From positions 248,001 through 312,000 of the forward strand of contig CALSSD010000006.1 of NCBI GenBank assembly GCA_943788915.1: a stretch of DNA of 64,000 nt. The letters are read 5' to 3'. This document shows positions 41,660-51,228 of this stretch, piece by piece. The DNA comes from an uncultured Acidimicrobiales bacterium. GTDB taxonomy: Bacteria > Actinomycetota > Acidimicrobiia > Acidimicrobiales > UBA10347. Position numbers and translations under genes: made by a program. The notes beneath the pieces are model-generated. The model had not been told where the DNA came from. It made no database searches and saw nothing but the letters and a program-made list of their open reading frames with translations. Each line of letters opens with the position of its first letter. The first letter of the stretch is position 1.

Positions 41660-42775
41660 GTGAACTTTGCATTCACCGAAGAACAAGATCAGCTCCGGGA
41701 TTTCGTTCGTTCGTTCCTAGAAGAGAAGTCGAGCGAAGAAGAAGTTCGCCGGCTGATGGACACCGACGATGGTTACGACACCGCTGTCTGGTCCCAGATG
41801 GCTGAGCAACTTGGTCTTCAGTCGCTGATCATCCCCGAGGCCCATGGCGGCCAGGGATTCGGCTACGTCGAGCTCATCATCGTGCTTGAAGAGATGGGCC
41901 GATCACTGTTGTGCGCTCCATTCTTCTCGTCGGTCGTGCTTGCAGCCAACACGCTGATCCATAGCGGCGACGAAGCCGCAATGGCTGCTCACCTGCCTGG
42001 TATTGCCAGCGGTGAAACTATTGCCACCCTCGCTCTCAGCGAAGAAAGCGGCAAGTGGAACGCCGACGGCATCGCAATGCAGGCCAGCGGTAGCGGTGAC
42101 AGCTGGACACTCAGCGGCACCAAGATGTACGTCCTCGACGGTCACATCGCCAACCTCGTTCTGGTTGCAGCTCGCACCGCCGCAGGCGTAAGCGTCTTCG
42201 CAGTCGACGGCGACGCTGCTGGCATGGCACGCGAGAACCTGTCGACCATGGATCAGACCCGTAAACAAGCTCGTCTGACCTTCGACAACACACCAGCAAC
42301 ACTTGTCGGTACCGACGGTGGCGGCTGGGACATCCTCGAGCGTGTCCTCGATCTTGCTGCGGTCGGCCTCGCCGCCGAGCAGGTCGGTGGCGCCCAGATG
42401 TGTCTCGACATGGCGGTTGACTACGCCAAGGTCCGTGTCCAGTTCGGTCGCCCAATCGGCAGCTTCCAGGCCATCAAGCACAAGTGTGCCGACATGCTCC
42501 TCGAAGTCGAATCGGCTAAGTCCGCTGCGTACTACGCAGGCTGGGCCGCAAGCGAAATGAATGACGAGCTGCCGTCTGTGGCCAGCTTGGCCAAGGCCTA
42601 CTGCAGCGAGGCGTACTTCCACGCAGCGGCTGAGAACATCCAGATCCATGGTGGCATCGGCTTCACCTGGGAGCACCCAGCGCACTTGTACTTCAAGCGT
42701 GCCAAGAGCTCCGAGCTGCTGTTCGGTGACCCCACGTACCATCGCGAGCTCCTGGCTCAGCGCATCGGTATCTGA
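41660..42775 (+). CDS. Acyl-CoA dehydrogenase (FadE-like)
   Basis: RVQFGRPIGSFQAIKH, QIHGGIGFTWEH; GTG 41660 after SD-like GAGGG. Confidence 0.9.
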   Translation: MNFAFTEEQDQLRDFVRSFLEEKSSEEEVRRLMDTDDGYDTAVWSQMAEQLGLQSLIIPEAHGGQGFGYVELIIVLEEMGRSLLCAPFFSSVVLAANTLIHSGDEAAMAAHLPGIASGETIATLALSEESGKWNADGIAMQASGSGDSWTLSGTKMYVLDGHIANLVLVAARTAAGVSVFAVDGDAAGMARENLSTMDQTRKQARLTFDNTPATLVGTDGGGWDILERVLDLAAVGLAAEQVGGAQMCLDMAVDYAKVRVQFGRPIGSFQAIKHKCADMLLEVESAKSAAYYAGWAASEMNDELPSVASLAKAYCSEAYFHAAAENIQIHGGIGFTWEHPAHLYFKRAKSSELLFGDPTYHRELLAQRIGI

Positions 42776-42887
42776 GGGTAGTCCGCTTCGCTGTGGCTGT
42801 CTGAGCTGTGTGCTCTGCGGTCCCGGCGAGTCTGAAATGGTGAGGCTAGTCCGCCTCTCGTCGTCGCTGTGCGGCAAGTAATTTGAA

Positions 42888-42926
42888 CGAATGGCCTCGC
42901 TTCGGCGAGGTCATTCGCCTTTTTCC
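42888..42926 (+). terminator. Intrinsic terminator
   Basis: 13-bp stem with C(TTCG)G tetraloop then CCTTTTT. Confidence 0.8.
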
Positions 42927-42951
42927 TTAACGTTCGAGCTACACATGTGTC

Positions 42952-43471
42952 GTGATCTTCTTCATCGCCGTTGCTGTCGTGATCATTGTTGGGTCTGCAG
43001 CCGGAAGCTGGTGGTGGGTTACAACTCGACTCAGCGTCACGGAAGGCGCCGCGGTCTATGACATCGAAGAAGGCCGCCGATTTTGCAGCGGGAAAACTCC
43101 CTGACGAGGTCAACCAGCGACTTAATCGCGATCAGCTGACCTATTTGCTTGACCTCCACCTGGCATTTTTCCGCCGGGCGGGCATGGCGACGTATGGAGG
43201 CGTCGATGAGATCGCCATGACGGCAGCAGTGACGGGTGAAACCGTGGTTGCACACGAAGACGAGGCCGTCGACTTCGTGCTCCAGCATTTGCACGACACA
43301 GATGACCCGACACTGCCGGTTGATGTGGTGGTGGTCCTTGAACTCAGCAACCAGTACCTTGCGTCGATTGGGGCCCTCGGTCCGTCGGTGGTTCTTGACT
43401 CAGACGCTCAGGACCCCTACCGAGAGCGACTGATGTCGTGCCTGCAACGCAGCTTCATCCTAAAGATTTGA
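42952..43471 (+). CDS. Membrane-anchored hypothetical protein, frameshifted near 43071
   Basis: GTG 42952 gives MIFFIAVAVVIIVG..AVYDIEE; removing one G continues into AADFAAGKLPDEV.. of ORF 42986-43471. Confidence 0.65.
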
Positions 43472-43517
43472 GAAATCGCCCGAAACTACCTGCATCGGCA
43501 GTGCGATGTGTGATTTA

Positions 43518-43700
43518 CTCTTTCTACCGAGGAAAGGAGGTGGTCCAAATTACAGAACCACTTAGATGTTCGCTTGGGACTTCGGAGGTGAGTGGCTACT
43601 AGCTAGCCGCTGGACTGGTTGGTAAATTTCTGCCACTTCACCCCGGCCCCCTGTTGTCGAGAGCTTGTCCCGCTTGACCGAGAAAAGACAGGAGCCGGCC
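43518..43700 (+). ncRNA. Candidate structured RNA / small-ORF transcript with extended 16S-3'-end complement
   Basis: GAAAGGAGGTGGTCCA (43532-43547), hairpins at 43520-43536, 43591-43611 and 43643-43698, no long sense ORF. Confidence 0.45.
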
Positions 43701-43793
43701 TCTCCAGCACCCCACGCTGTGCAAACAACATTGTTTGAGCAACACCGTCGTGGATGTGTACAGAGGTCTTCCCTAAGAAGAACAATGTAACGT

Positions 43794-43824
43794 CGGAGCC
43801 CCAGGCAAATGTCCTGGGGCTCCG
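43794..43824. terminator. Strong hairpin (terminator-like)
   Basis: 12-bp perfect stem CGGAGCCCCAGG/CCTGGGGCTCCG. Confidence 0.7.
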
Positions 43825-43948
43825 CCGCGTCTTGCGCGAGTAAACGCGAGTAAAGGCGAGTGAAACAGTGCGCTGCTGAACCCGTGCGTTACGAATCCCG
43901 TGCGCTGCTACATCTTGCCCTGCGAAATCTTGCACTACGATCCGTAAC

Positions 43949-44491
43949 GTGAGCGCAGCAGAGGTAGAGACGATGGCCAACTTGGATGATCGCCCGGGCC
44001 GCGGCGCCGTTGCAGTCCGCACGCCCCTGTACTTGCTGATTGCCCTGGTAGGAATCTTTCTTGTGGCGTGTGCTTTCTTCCCCTGGGCTGGCATCAAGAT
44101 CGATACCGATGGTGAGATCGTGGGTGGACCGACCGACGGTTTTGCCTCGTCGATCTCCGGTCTGGACGCCGGTGGATGGGGTCTGGGGGTCATGATCGCT
44201 GGTATCGCGATCGCTGCGCTTGGAATACTTGGGTATTTCTGGAACCCATTCAGTGACCCCGAAGCGATGTTCATCGTTGGTTTCGGCGTGATCGTGGTCG
44301 TCGCAGCGCTCGTGAAGATCGCCGATCCGGCGAGTTTGTTTCCCGACGCAAGTGATTTTGATGCGCCGAATGTAAGTAGCCGCTTGGGTCTGTGGCTCGT
44401 GCTTATCGCTGGTCTGGATGCGCTCATGAGCGCAGCCTGGATCCTGTTCAGCCGGCCGAAGGCCCAGGCTCTACCGCCGACATCTGCTTAG
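43949..44491 (+). CDS. Hypothetical integral membrane protein (about 4 TM)
   Basis: Four hydrophobic segments, FFPW motif; leaderless TACGAT-7nt-GTG. Confidence 0.7.
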   Translation: MSAAEVETMANLDDRPGRGAVAVRTPLYLLIALVGIFLVACAFFPWAGIKIDTDGEIVGGPTDGFASSISGLDAGGWGLGVMIAGIAIAALGILGYFWNPFSDPEAMFIVGFGVIVVVAALVKIADPASLFPDASDFDAPNVSSRLGLWLVLIAGLDALMSAAWILFSRPKAQALPPTSA

Positions 44492-44532
44492 TCAACTCGT
44501 CCGAACCGGTCCGCTCACGACGGCTAAAGCAC

Positions 44533-45789
44533 TCAGTACTCGGCGCGTGCTGGCGGTAAACCTAGGATGGCTTCTGCCGTACGGCGGCCGGAGAACATGG
44601 CGCCCTGGAGCGACCCGGTGTCTCGATGATCGCCGCATACCCAACGGCCGTCGTCGAGTTTGGTTCGTTGGCGTGGCCTCAATGGCGGTGCCTGTTTCGG
44701 CTGGCCGTGCTCGATGCGATCGATTCGTAGCGTGGTCCAGTCGTCGACGACCGCCCCGAACCATCCCTTGAGCTGGGACCGGGCCTGATCTTCCAGTTCC
44801 AACGACATCGTTCCTGGACAAGCGGCTGCAATCAGATGTCTTCCAGGCGGTGCATAACTCGGGGCCACGTTCGTCATCACTGCGAGGTTGATGACCGGAC
44901 CGGTGTTGGACCCATCGAGCACGATCGAGCGGGTGGTGGTTGGTGGGATGTCGGCACTGAACCAGATACAGGAAACCGGGTTCGATCCTGGGTCTGTAAT
45001 GTCGAGTAGCGCGCTGGCCGACGGCCCGTCGGTCGCCACAACAACATTGTCGGCGCTGACCGAGCCGTCTGCAGTTTGCACCGTGGTGGCAGTTACGGCT
45101 GTGGCTGCGGTGTCGAGCAGCAAGGTTCCATCTGGCAGGGCATCGCCGAGTTGATCAGTGAGTGCGCCGACACCGAGTCGGGGCACTCCGGTGTCGCCTT
45201 CGCTCAGGCATCGAAAGATGATGTCGAACATCCGACTCGACGTGGTGAGATCCCGGTCGAGTTGAATGCCGCTGAAGAGTGGACCGAACAGTCGGGTCAC
45301 TGCGGTCTCACTAAAGCCAAGCGACTCAAGTCGTTCGGCGGTTGTCTGTTCCGGCTTTCCGAACAAACGTCGTGCTTCGCCTCTGCGCACCTTGGTGCGC
45401 AGTCTAAGCACGCGGAGCTTGTCAGGGAATGGGAGTACCGGGCTGCGGATCGTCTCCAGCAACTTTGCCCGATCACGAAACGGATCGCCGAGTTCATAAC
45501 CCTGTCCATCGATCCAGGCAACGGCGCCCGGATTGAACATATGCATGTCCAGGGCCTTCAGGTCGATCGCTCGTTGTACCTCAGGGTAGGCGGTGAGCAG
45601 GACCTGAAACCCCCGATCAAGTCGGTATCCGTCGACGACATCGGTGCGAACCCGGCCCCCTACGCCGTCACTTGCCTCGATGAGTGCGACGGTTTGGCCG
45701 GCTTGCACGAGACGTCGAGCGCAGGAGAGGCCAGCAACACCTGCGCCTACGATGGCGGTATCAACCGAGTCAGGAAGCTGTAGCAACAC
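44533..45789 (-). CDS. FAD-dependent oxidoreductase (amine oxidase/protoporphyrinogen oxidase family)
   Basis: GAGVAGL, GGRVRTD, LDRGFQV, CGDHR..SLQGAMFSG. Confidence 0.85.
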   Translation of the reverse strand: MLLQLPDSVDTAIVGAGVAGLSCARRLVQAGQTVALIEASDGVGGRVRTDVVDGYRLDRGFQVLLTAYPEVQRAIDLKALDMHMFNPGAVAWIDGQGYELGDPFRDRAKLLETIRSPVLPFPDKLRVLRLRTKVRRGEARRLFGKPEQTTAERLESLGFSETAVTRLFGPLFSGIQLDRDLTTSSRMFDIIFRCLSEGDTGVPRLGVGALTDQLGDALPDGTLLLDTAATAVTATTVQTADGSVSADNVVVATDGPSASALLDITDPGSNPVSCIWFSADIPPTTTRSIVLDGSNTGPVINLAVMTNVAPSYAPPGRHLIAAACPGTMSLELEDQARSQLKGWFGAVVDDWTTLRIDRIEHGQPKQAPPLRPRQRTKLDDGRWVCGDHRDTGSLQGAMFSGRRTAEAILGLPPARAEY

Positions 45790-45851
45790 GGCTTGAGGTT
45801 ACGCTCGTTGAGCGCTGGTTCGGTGGCAGTCCTGCAGAGTGGTGCCGTTGG

Positions 45852-46421
45852 TCAGGCACGCAACGAGGCAATCTCGTTGGTAGCAAGCACACGATGTTGT
45901 CCGGGTTGCAGACCTGCCAGCGTGACTTCGCCAATGGACCAGCGCACTAATCGTAGTGTTGGGTGTCCGACTGCAGCGGTCATGCGACGCACCTGCCGAT
46001 TGCGTCCCTCGGTTAATTGGAGTTCGATCCATGAATCGGGGATTGACTTGCGTACCCGAATTGGCACGGAACGGTCGGGAAGGTTTGGGGGAGTGTCAAG
46101 GCGTCGGGCTTTGGCCGGCAGCGTTTGTTTGCCCTTGATCATCACGCCGGAACGAAGTGCAGCGATCGCATCGTCGTCGGGGATGCCCTCGACCTGGACC
46201 CAGTAGGTCCGGGGCGTCTGGTGGCGAGGTTCGGTAAGCACGGTGCGCAGCCGAGTGTCCTCGCTCAGTATGAGCAAACCTTCGCTGTCACGATCCAGAC
46301 GACCAGCGCCATAGACGGTGGGCAGATCGATGTAGTCGGCCAAGGTGGAACGAGGGGGGTCAGCGCTGTCGCTGAACTGAGAAAGCACGTCGTACGGCTT
46401 CCAGAAGGCAATCGTGATCAC
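45852..46421 (-). CDS. rRNA pseudouridine synthase, RsuA family (RluE-like, no S4 domain)
   Basis: KPYDVLSQF, GRLDRDSEGL, EGRNRQVRRM. Confidence 0.85.
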   Translation of the reverse strand: MITIAFWKPYDVLSQFSDSADPPRSTLADYIDLPTVYGAGRLDRDSEGLLILSEDTRLRTVLTEPRHQTPRTYWVQVEGIPDDDAIAALRSGVMIKGKQTLPAKARRLDTPPNLPDRSVPIRVRKSIPDSWIELQLTEGRNRQVRRMTAAVGHPTLRLVRWSIGEVTLAGLQPGQHRVLATNEIASLRA

Positions 46422-46467
46422 GACAGGCAGGGTATGCGACTGCCGATGGGGCACTACGCTTCGACAG

Positions 46468-47514
46468 ATGGTTACCGAAGCGACGAAGATAGACGTCCAC
46501 TGGCCTGATGTGCTGTCGGGTCTGGTTCGCGGGCAGGACATGTCACGCGATATGGCACAGCACGTCGTTACGGCGATGTTGGCTGGCCAGGCCTCAGATG
46601 CTCAGATCGCTGGTTTCTTGATCGGCATGGCGGCCAAAGGCGAAATCACCGAAGAGATCCTGGGTATGCGCGACGCAATGTTCGCAGCATCCACGCCACT
46701 CGAGCTACCGGAGGGCACGGTGGACATTGTGGGCGTCGGTGGCGCACCCCGGCGACAAGTCGCGGCCTTCAACGTGTCAACGATCGCTTCGATCGTTGCT
46801 GCAGCCGCGGGTGCAACCGTATGCAAACACGGCAATCGCAAAGCAAGCTCAACCTCGGGTTCCTTCGATCTGCTCGAGGCGTTGGGCGTGAACATCGAAG
46901 CAAGCCCGGATGTCGTCGCCGACGGTGTCGCCAAGATCGGTCTCGGTTTCGCCTTTGCTCGGGCCCATCACCCGTCGATGCGCCACGTTGGACCGGCGCG
47001 TGCCCAGTTGGGCGTGCCGTCAGTCTTTAACGTGCTCGGGCCTTTGGCCCATCCCGGGCGGATCAAACGCCAGGTGTTGGGAGTTTCCGACGCAAACCGG
47101 GCAGATCAGATCGCAAATGTGGTGGCCGGTTCGGATGCGGAGCTTGTGTGGGTGGTTCATGGTCACGACGACCTCGACGAATTGTCACTGACGGGCCCCG
47201 CCCAGGTGATCGAGATCCGCAACGGCGAGCGACGGTCCTTCACACTTGACCCAACCGATTGTGGCTTCAGCACGGTGGGGCCATCGGCAATCCTCGGTGG
47301 TGATGCTTCAGTGAACAAAGGCCTAGCTGAGAAGGTGTTCGCGGGTGAACCGTCGGCGAACCGAGACATGGTGCTTCTGAACGCTGCTGCTGGGCTTGTG
47401 GTGGCAGGTGTGGTCGAAGACATCGTGCAGGGTGTGCATGCTGCGGCTTCGGCGCTAGATGATGGAGCTGCTGGAGCCAAACTCGAAGATCTCGTCAGGC
47501 ACACCAATCTCTGA
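46468..47514 (+). CDS. trpD: Anthranilate phosphoribosyltransferase
   Basis: DIVGVGG, FNVST, KHGNRKASS..GS.D, FNVLGPL, DEL. Confidence 0.9.
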   Translation: MVTEATKIDVHWPDVLSGLVRGQDMSRDMAQHVVTAMLAGQASDAQIAGFLIGMAAKGEITEEILGMRDAMFAASTPLELPEGTVDIVGVGGAPRRQVAAFNVSTIASIVAAAAGATVCKHGNRKASSTSGSFDLLEALGVNIEASPDVVADGVAKIGLGFAFARAHHPSMRHVGPARAQLGVPSVFNVLGPLAHPGRIKRQVLGVSDANRADQIANVVAGSDAELVWVVHGHDDLDELSLTGPAQVIEIRNGERRSFTLDPTDCGFSTVGPSAILGGDASVNKGLAEKVFAGEPSANRDMVLLNAAAGLVVAGVVEDIVQGVHAAASALDDGAAGAKLEDLVRHTNL

Positions 47515-47521
47515 TCCAGCG

Positions 47522-49907
47522 ATGAGCGCCGCCCGCACCGAACAAGCAGCTGTCGAGGAACTCGAAGCGGAACGTCGTGTGATCAACCGCATCGCCGACG
47601 TGCGCGATGTCCAAATCGCACGGGTCGCGGCGCGTGCGTCGCGCCTGGCCGACGAAGCGGCTGCTATGACCGAGGATGGTCTGCGCGACATCTTCGACGA
47701 AGACGACGATCCTGATGCTGCGGTTCAGGCCACGTTTGTTCGTGAAGGAGCCATGTACGCCATGGCTGCGGCCAAACGGTTCCACGAGGTTGATTCGATC
47801 GGCGATGCACCAGCGTTTGGTCGGATCACTGACGAAGACGGCGAAAACCTTTATGTCGGCAAATGCAGCGTCATCGACAGCGAGGCCGTGTTGCTCGTCG
47901 ATTGGCGAGCCAGGGCTGCCATCCCGTTCTACCGGGCCGCCCCATTGGAGCCACTTGGAGTGGTCCATCGTCGTCATCTTCACTATTCGCCCGAGTCGTC
48001 GCCGCCGCAGGAACTGGTGGGGTACAGCGACGAAGTGTTCGACACCGCGTTGCTCGGCACCACCACTGGTCTGCAAGGCGAAGCGGCGTTGCTTGCCTCG
48101 CTGGAGACCGGACGCACTGGGCAAATGTCGTCGGTTGTGGCAACGATCCAGGCAGAACAAGACGCTGTCATCCGGGCAGACTCCAACGAACCGTTGCTCG
48201 TCCAAGGTGGTCCTGGTACCGGTAAGACGGTTGTGGCACTGCACCGTGCGGCCTATCTGTTGTACGACCAGCGACAGGCGCTCGCCGAGAACGGTGTATT
48301 GATTGTTGGGCCAAGCACCCACTTCTTGGCGTACATCAGCGAGGTGCTCCCGTCGCTGGGTGAGACCGGCGTTGTGTCGGCCGTGCCTGCACAGCTTTAT
48401 CCAGGGGTCCTCAAAGGCCTCGATGAGCTCACCGAGGTTTCCGCGATCAAAGGCCAGGTCGAGATGATCGCGCTGCTGGCCAACTCGGTTCGTAATCGTC
48501 AGATCCGTCCGACCGAGGACCTTCTGGCCTGGTACGGATCAGACAGAGTCACGATGCCGGTCAAGGTCCTTCAAGAGTGCTTCGACGAAGCTTTACGACT
48601 GCCAAGCCACAACGAGGCTGCAGACCGATTCCGCATGTCCGTTATCGAGGCATTTTCCCAGCAGGTGTACAACCCATCGTTTGACAATTATGCGGAGGCG
48701 TATCGTTCGTTTGCAGCCTCGCCGTCGCTCAAGATCTTCTTGCTCAAACACTGGCCGACCCTGACCCCCGAGCAGGCGCTGAATGACCTATTGGGTTCCC
48801 CATCACTCTTGCGTAAAGCCTCGGTAGGTACCGGCCTTTCTCACGCGCAAGTAGCGCTGCTAGACCGCGACCGCGTCCCTGAAATCGAGCTCGAGGACAA
48901 CCGTTGGAGCGATGCCGATATCCCGCTGCTCGACGAGTTGTGGCATCTCGTGGGTGGCTTGCCGTCGGCGATGGCCGAAGAGGACCGTCAACGAGTGCGC
49001 GATGCCAGGGATGAATTCGAGATCGCTGCCATGCAAGATCAGATGCTCGAGGACGAAGACGGCGAACCCGTCGAGGACGAGGCGGCTGAGATTCTGTCTG
49101 GCCTGGTGCTTCCGCCGCCGCCGATACGAGGCGATTTTGTCTGATAACGAGCCATATCCTTTTGAGTCAGATGATGACATCGAGATTCGAGAGCTCGATC
49201 TTGAGGATGTCGATGCCCTAGGCGACAAACGAATCACCGTCAGTGAGCTGGCTGGAGAGAATGAGTCATGGCGTTATGGCCATGTGATTGTCGACGAGGC
49301 TCAAGATCTCACGCCGATGCAGTGGCGCATGGTGATGCGACGGGTGCGTGGTCGTTCACTGACGATCGTGGGCGACCTGGCCCAGCGATCAGCGTCAGCG
49401 GTCGACCGGTGGGAAGACGTGTTACCCCCTGAGTTGGCCGATGCACACCGTCAGGATCTGACGGTGAACTATCGCTCGCCGTCAGAAATCCATGAACTGG
49501 CCGTAGCCGTGCTCGCCGACTATGCGCCGTCGATAACTCCTGCCATTGCCTTGCGTTCGTCGGGCTTCAGGCCCCAGTTCCATGCTGTTGCCGCAGTAGC
49601 GTCGGCGCTTGATCGGCTTGTCGAAGAGGCGCTGGCCGATGTGGGTGGTCTGGTAGCGGTGATAGCTGCTTCTGTGGACACCATTGGGTTTACCGATCAA
49701 GACAGCACAGAAACTGGAAGGGTCCGGTTTCTGACCCCTGATCAAGCCAAAGGGCTTGAGTTCGATGCGGTGGTGCTGCTTGAACCAAGCGAGATTTGGG
49801 AGCAAGCTGCGGGAGGAGCCCGGCTCTATATCGCACTAACTCGGGCAACGCAGCGGCTTTCGATCGTGCACGCGAAGCCGCTGCCTGCCCCGCTTCAGCC
49901 TCGTTAG
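47522..49907 (+). CDS. helD: HelD-like SF1 ATPase (RNA polymerase recycling factor), frameshifted near 49100-49130
   Basis: DWRA, VATIQAEQD, GGPGTGKT.VALHRAAYLLY, DEAQD, VGDLAQ, NYRS, KGLEFD, YIALTRAT. Confidence 0.75.
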
Positions 49908-49987
49908 TCAACACCCTCTCGACCTGCCGTTTGCGTGTTCGGTTGTGGCTGCTAACCTCACGTGGCTACTTCAGCAACACCCGTCAC

Positions 49988-51193
49988 ATGACAAACACAC
50001 ACCACTCACCCAACAGCCTCACCATTCCCGGACGGCACCCTGCCGCTGGCAAGGTGCACGTTGGGCTTGCCATCATGCTGGTGTTTGCACTGATGATGGG
50101 GCTCGGATCTGCAGGCGCGCAGGAGAGCATCGAGGACGCTAGGCAGCAGCGTGAAGACGCACGCGAAGCAGAACTGCAAGCCCGGGCCGCACTCGACGTG
50201 CTGGAAGCGGAATGGGAAGATATCCAAACCGCTTTCGAAGCAGCCGATGAACTGGTCCAACTGGCCGAGGCCCGTTCGGTTGCCGTCCAGGCACAGCTTG
50301 AGCTGGCTGAGTTGCGTCTACGCCAGACCGAGGTCGCCATCGCGTGGGCCGAATACGACAAGGAACTTGTAGGCGAGCAGCTTGCCGATCTCGCGATTCA
50401 GGAATACCTGGGTCTGCAACAAGAAGACAATGTGCTTGGCACCGGCAGCCTGAACGAAGCGATGACGCGGAACACCGTCCTGGATGCCGTCCAGGGCGCC
50501 GGGTACGACGTCATCGACACGGCCCGTAGCGCTGCGGACCGCGGTGAAGAGCTGCTGGCACAAGCGGTTGTCGACATTGCCGAAGTCGAACGACTCGAAG
50601 CTGAGTTAGACGAAGAACGCGAAGAACTTGATGCTGCTCTTGTCATAAGGGCCAGGGCACGCGATGCACTCGACGCCCGTCTCGATGAGTGGAAAGACAT
50701 TATCGCTGAGTGGGAAAATATCGAGCAAGGCCTCACCGACTTCATCCGGGTCGAACAACAGCGCGCTGACATCGCATCTGCACTCGAAGCCGTCCAGTCG
50801 ACGACGGGGTACACCTGGCCGACCGCTGGCGGCATTGGTTCCTACTTCGGGTATCGCGTCCACCCGGTTCTCGGTTACAGCCGGTTGCATGGCGGCTTAG
50901 ACATCGGTGGCAGGATGGGCCAGCCGATCTGGGCTGCCAAAGAAGGCGTGGTCATCATGGCCCGGGTAAACGGCGGCTACGGCAACACCATCATTATTGA
51001 TCACGGCAACGGGTATGCAACGTTGTACGGCCACCAGTCGAGCTTCGAAATCAAAGAAGGCGACTTGGTGGAGACTGGTCAGCACATCGGCAACGTCGGC
51101 TCGACCGGCCTGTCAACCGGTCCGCACCTGCACTTCGAAATTCGCCAAGACGGCGGTGTGATCGACCCGCTTCCATTCCTACCGCCTCGGTAA
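49988..51193 (+). CDS. Secreted coiled-coil + M23 peptidase (murein hydrolase/activator)
   Basis: Signal-like hydrophobic stretch, heptad region, HGGLD, YGN, HLHFE. Confidence 0.85.
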   Translation: MTNTHHSPNSLTIPGRHPAAGKVHVGLAIMLVFALMMGLGSAGAQESIEDARQQREDAREAELQARAALDVLEAEWEDIQTAFEAADELVQLAEARSVAVQAQLELAELRLRQTEVAIAWAEYDKELVGEQLADLAIQEYLGLQQEDNVLGTGSLNEAMTRNTVLDAVQGAGYDVIDTARSAADRGEELLAQAVVDIAEVERLEAELDEEREELDAALVIRARARDALDARLDEWKDIIAEWENIEQGLTDFIRVEQQRADIASALEAVQSTTGYTWPTAGGIGSYFGYRVHPVLGYSRLHGGLDIGGRMGQPIWAAKEGVVIMARVNGGYGNTIIIDHGNGYATLYGHQSSFEIKEGDLVETGQHIGNVGSTGLSTGPHLHFEIRQDGGVIDPLPFLPPR

Positions 51194-51224
51194 CCCTACT
51201 CGGTAACCCCACTCGGTAACCCAG
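51186..51224. repeat. 13-bp tandem repeat x3
   Basis: CTCGGTAACCC-NN units covering the M23 stop codon. Confidence 0.8.
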
Positions 51225-51228
51225 TGGA

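Noticed and set aside
41903..42877. Long antisense ORFs (also 22660-23526, 34855-35748, 18846-19610, 43603-44427, 54428-55192)
   Set aside because: Shadows of well-supported genes, expected in high-GC DNA; no motifs
43532..43547. 16S rRNA gene or fragment on the minus strand
   Set aside because: Match is only 16 nt with one difference, and flanks do not continue as 16S (no AGCCGCA..GGTTACCTTGTTACGACTT)
43500..43830. tmRNA, Ms1 or 6S assignment
   Set aside because: No GGGG..TCCACCA tRNA-like ends or ..AA tag, and no recognisable long 6S/Ms1 stem by eye; needs an Infernal search
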